Assembly (NCBI RefSeq): GCF_031769215.1
Contig: NW_026782019.1
Location: 1,674,001-1,738,000, forward strand
Reading direction: 5' to 3'
Length of the DNA: 64,000 bases
Source of the DNA: Ylistrum balloti
Lineage: Eukaryota
A program made the position numbers and the translations under genes. Position 1 is the stretch's first letter. Each line of letters starts with the position of its first letter. The notes under the pieces are model-generated. The model was not told the origin of the DNA. It did no database searches and worked only from the letters and a program-made list of their open reading frames with translations. Of this stretch, positions 61,401-64,000 are shown piece after piece.

Positions 61401-64000
61401 CATACCTGTACTGGAAACAGTTGGGAAACAGGTATGAAGGTAATGACATACCTGTACTGGAAACAGTTGGGAAACAGGTATGAAGGTAATGACATACCTG
61501 TACTGGAAACAGTTAGGAAACAGGTATGAAGGTAATGACATACCTGTACTGGAAACAGGTGGGAAACAGGTATGAAGGTAATGACATACCTGTACTGGAA
61601 ACAGTTGGGAAACAGGTATGAAGGTAATGACATACCTGTACTGAATTGGGAAACAGGTATTACCAGGTAAGATTTACCTTAAAACAGTGAGGATTTTGCT
61701 TTTTGAATAAAAGAAGAAAGGATCTCTAAGGAATATGCAATATGCAAGATACCACATATGGAATAATGTACTAGCCCAAATTGCTTTGCATGCACAAACA
61801 GGAAAGAAACATGTTTCAGAAAGCTGTGAGGTCTGATTGGTTTAGAGGAATGATGACCATAGAACATAAGAGGGATATGATAAGATGTCACAGCCCTGTA
61901 TACATATAGAGATCTATACAATCTGATTAAAATGCGGATTCTAATTCTCGCTTCATCACTTTCCACATTTGGATCTGACAACATCCCACTAGGGGTCATG
62001 TTGTGGTGACCTTTGCATCCTTTGTACTTCACACAAGGCAAATGGTCTAATGGACGATTCCATCTGCAGCAGGTCATTTCATCTCATTATCTTAATCTGA
62101 TTGATATGTAGTATGCTCTAGTAATTATTGACAAATTGTGACAAAATGACATAATGCACACCTTCCATTACTTTCAAGATTCGGTAAGCGGTAATTTAAT
62201 TGGCTAATGCAAAATTTCATCAGAACACAATCCCTTATTGTATGTTGCCGAGAGTAACAGAGCGAACATTAGGATCTGCATCATAATAGAATTAAGATTG
62301 ATCACTGCTGTCTGTGGAAACCAAACAGTCATAACATTAAACAGATTTTTACAGACAAAATATTTTTTATGTACAAAATGAATTCTCACACCGAAAATTC
62401 TTATCAAAATTACAGATATTCATAATCTTTATTGTTTGGGTCTAAAACAGGAGAATGGTCTTGACAGGCCCTTAGCAAAGTCTTGAGACTTACCTGAAAG
62501 CAGCGAGGTCCTGGTTTGTTGGGTGGGATGGTGGCCTGATACTCTACTTTAAGCTCTGGCAGTATGGCAATAACAGTTTTACACACACACTTTTCAATGT
62601 TGGTCCAAACTTTATCTGTATCATGACCGTTGATTCCGATACGTCGCAGCACACTAGTTAATGTTCGTTTGCTCCCGTCATCCTCTCGCTCTGAACGATT
62701 AAATGTGGCACTACGTTTGTTTAAGGAATAATTTGTCAAATGCATGAAAGTTTCGTGAATGTTTCCCTTTGTGGGGGTTTCATATTGCACTGTAGAGAAC
62801 CTGGCGAGTCCTTCCTTACAGATGTAGATCTGTAGGGGCTCCAGGGACTTGAGCACCACATAAACCCTTAGGTCAAATTTGTAATTATTGATGAGGTACA
62901 CATTGCTCAAATACTCCTGCACTACATGGGATTTACCGTTATTCGGGTTGTATTCATGTGGGTCTCGCATAAGATATATTCCGTCACCTTGTGATCCCGT
63001 GTCAGGCTTAACAATGAAAGTTGGCTTGGGTTTCACTCTCTTTTCATGGAGTTTACGCAGCTCTGCGCTAAACTCCAGATATTGAGCAGGTAGGTACCAC
63101 GTCCGAGGGTAAAAGTCATATTCAGCTGGAAACAGCTCCTTCATCGTGTCTAAACTTCGGAACAAAGACATTTTGCTACAGATGTCTCCCATTCCTGGAG
63201 AAACAAGAAATTAGAAATTAGGAATTAGAAACATATTTCTAGTCAAATGCTATTTCTGTTCTACATTCTATGATGAGGTAAAGTCATATCTTCAGATATT
63301 AGTAATGTTCACCACAGATAACAGTTTATCACCTTGAACAGTAGTTAGAATGTACTATAATCCTGTTCACTAGACCATTCTGTTTATGAAATGTACAAAT
63401 CTATTAGACTGATCATTTTTATGATAAATATATCTACAAATACAATAAGGAATTTGGATAAAAGAGTCAACACTGTTCGTTCTGGTTGGGAGGGATGTGG
63501 GTTCCTTCATCCCCAGCTGGATGCCTATGGTATGCAGGGTGATTGAGCACAAGGGAAAATCTAGGGGAGATAAAGTAGAAATTTTTGTCCTGATAAAGCC
63601 TGGGAGGGCAAAAACCAGTCAACAATTACCTATCAGATTTTAAACATATCAACTTCCTTGGCTGTTGTAATTGATATCCTTACCAATATATTAGACACAC
63701 ATAATTTTCTCACAGATACAGATTTACAGAATGAGATATATATAAACTTTAATTGTGTATGCATATCATATGCAGGTACTTACCAACCTGAAAACCAACC
63801 AAGAAAATGTTTCATAATATAACTGTGTAGATGACACAAACAACATTAACCTGGCCATGATGTCTCAGTTTGAAGATTTGCATTGTTATCTATTATGGCT
63901 AGAAAACTATAGATTAATCCTGTATGCTGTATATATAATTTTAGTACAACATTAACAAACCTGGAAACTTGTTGACAGCACCATTGTAGACTTCTGGGTT
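49470..64000 (-). CDS. TTLL11: Tubulin polyglutamylase TTLL11; 7 exons in window, 5' end beyond 64000
   Basis: Exons >64000-63961 (NPEVYNGAVNKFP), 63194-62494, 58220-58012, 57146-56953, 56296-55978, 55039-54936, 49864-49470 (TAA), all GT-AG and in phase; 653 aa in window. TTL-domain motifs IVKPDTGSQGDGIYL, VVQEY, KFDLRVY, HLTNYSLN, ILGFDILL..LLEVNASPS. TTLL11-type C-terminus RVANLFISFLGVRGSLRIGPTGFRTFARKCRL and AAVDIMYIDMQRRW. Confidence 0.95.
50678..52335. repeat. 48-bp minisatellite, about 34 copies
   Basis: Unit GCCTTGTACTGCTGTCCCGAACATCTATACTTCTAACTACGATATAAA; period 48. Confidence 0.97.
55510..55920. repeat. 29-bp minisatellite, about 9 near-perfect copies plus degenerate flanks
   Basis: Unit TTGAACAGTCACCATGTAGGAAGGGCTAT; period 29. 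Confidence 0.92.
57241..58025. repeat. 52-bp minisatellite, 15 copies, built from the TTLL11 exon end and donor
   Basis: Unit AAGCTTATTGATACACATTTATGTTACACCCTGTGATGACTTACCCAGACTT; AAGCTT every 52 nt from 57241 to 58020 (one unit is 51 nt). Confidence 0.97.
58840..59275. repeat. 46-bp minisatellite, about 9 copies
   Basis: Unit ATTATTCCTCTACTGGGTCCATCCCCTCTACCATTAGGGTCTCCAC. Confidence 0.92.
61350..61662. repeat. 46-bp minisatellite, about 6.5 copies
   Basis: Unit GAAGGTAATGACATACCTGTACTGGAAACAGTTGGGAAACAGGTAT. Confidence 0.95.

Noticed and set aside
61125-61633. Repetitive ORFs (MSLPSYLFPNCFQY...)
   Set aside because: Translation of the 46-bp minisatellite; the period is not a multiple of 3, so frames rotate.
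1-62000. Regular tandem arrays (1-431, 11915-12755, 50678-52335, 57241-58025 and others) as CRISPR arrays
   Set aside because: Units are contiguous with no unique spacers, there are no cas genes, and the context is eukaryotic and intronic.

Overview
AT-rich, intron-dense eukaryotic genomic DNA, most likely a bivalve mollusc (inference from repeat types and gene sequences). Three protein-coding genes can be rebuilt exon by exon with GT-AG boundaries and consistent phase. (1) The 5' half of UBR4/p600 on the minus strand: ATG at 32805, 59 exons, about 2580 codons, running off the left edge. (2) A 3-exon double hot-dog-fold thioesterase-like gene on the plus strand (39326-42800). (3) TTLL11 tubulin polyglutamylase on the minus strand: 7 exons in the window, stop at 49470, 5' end beyond the right edge. 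The rest is minisatellites, pearl/Helentron-like elements, MITEs, tRNA-derived SINE heads, a Tc1/mariner transposase relic, a decayed zinc-finger-like locus and a 246-N gap. No prokaryotic system or CRISPR array is present. The most unusual pattern: at least six exon 3' ends have their exon end and 5' splice site duplicated into the downstream intron, as single copies or whole arrays. Two further intronic arrays carry sense-strand AG|GT motifs resembling recursive splice sites. Comparisons with human proteins are from recall, not from a database search.
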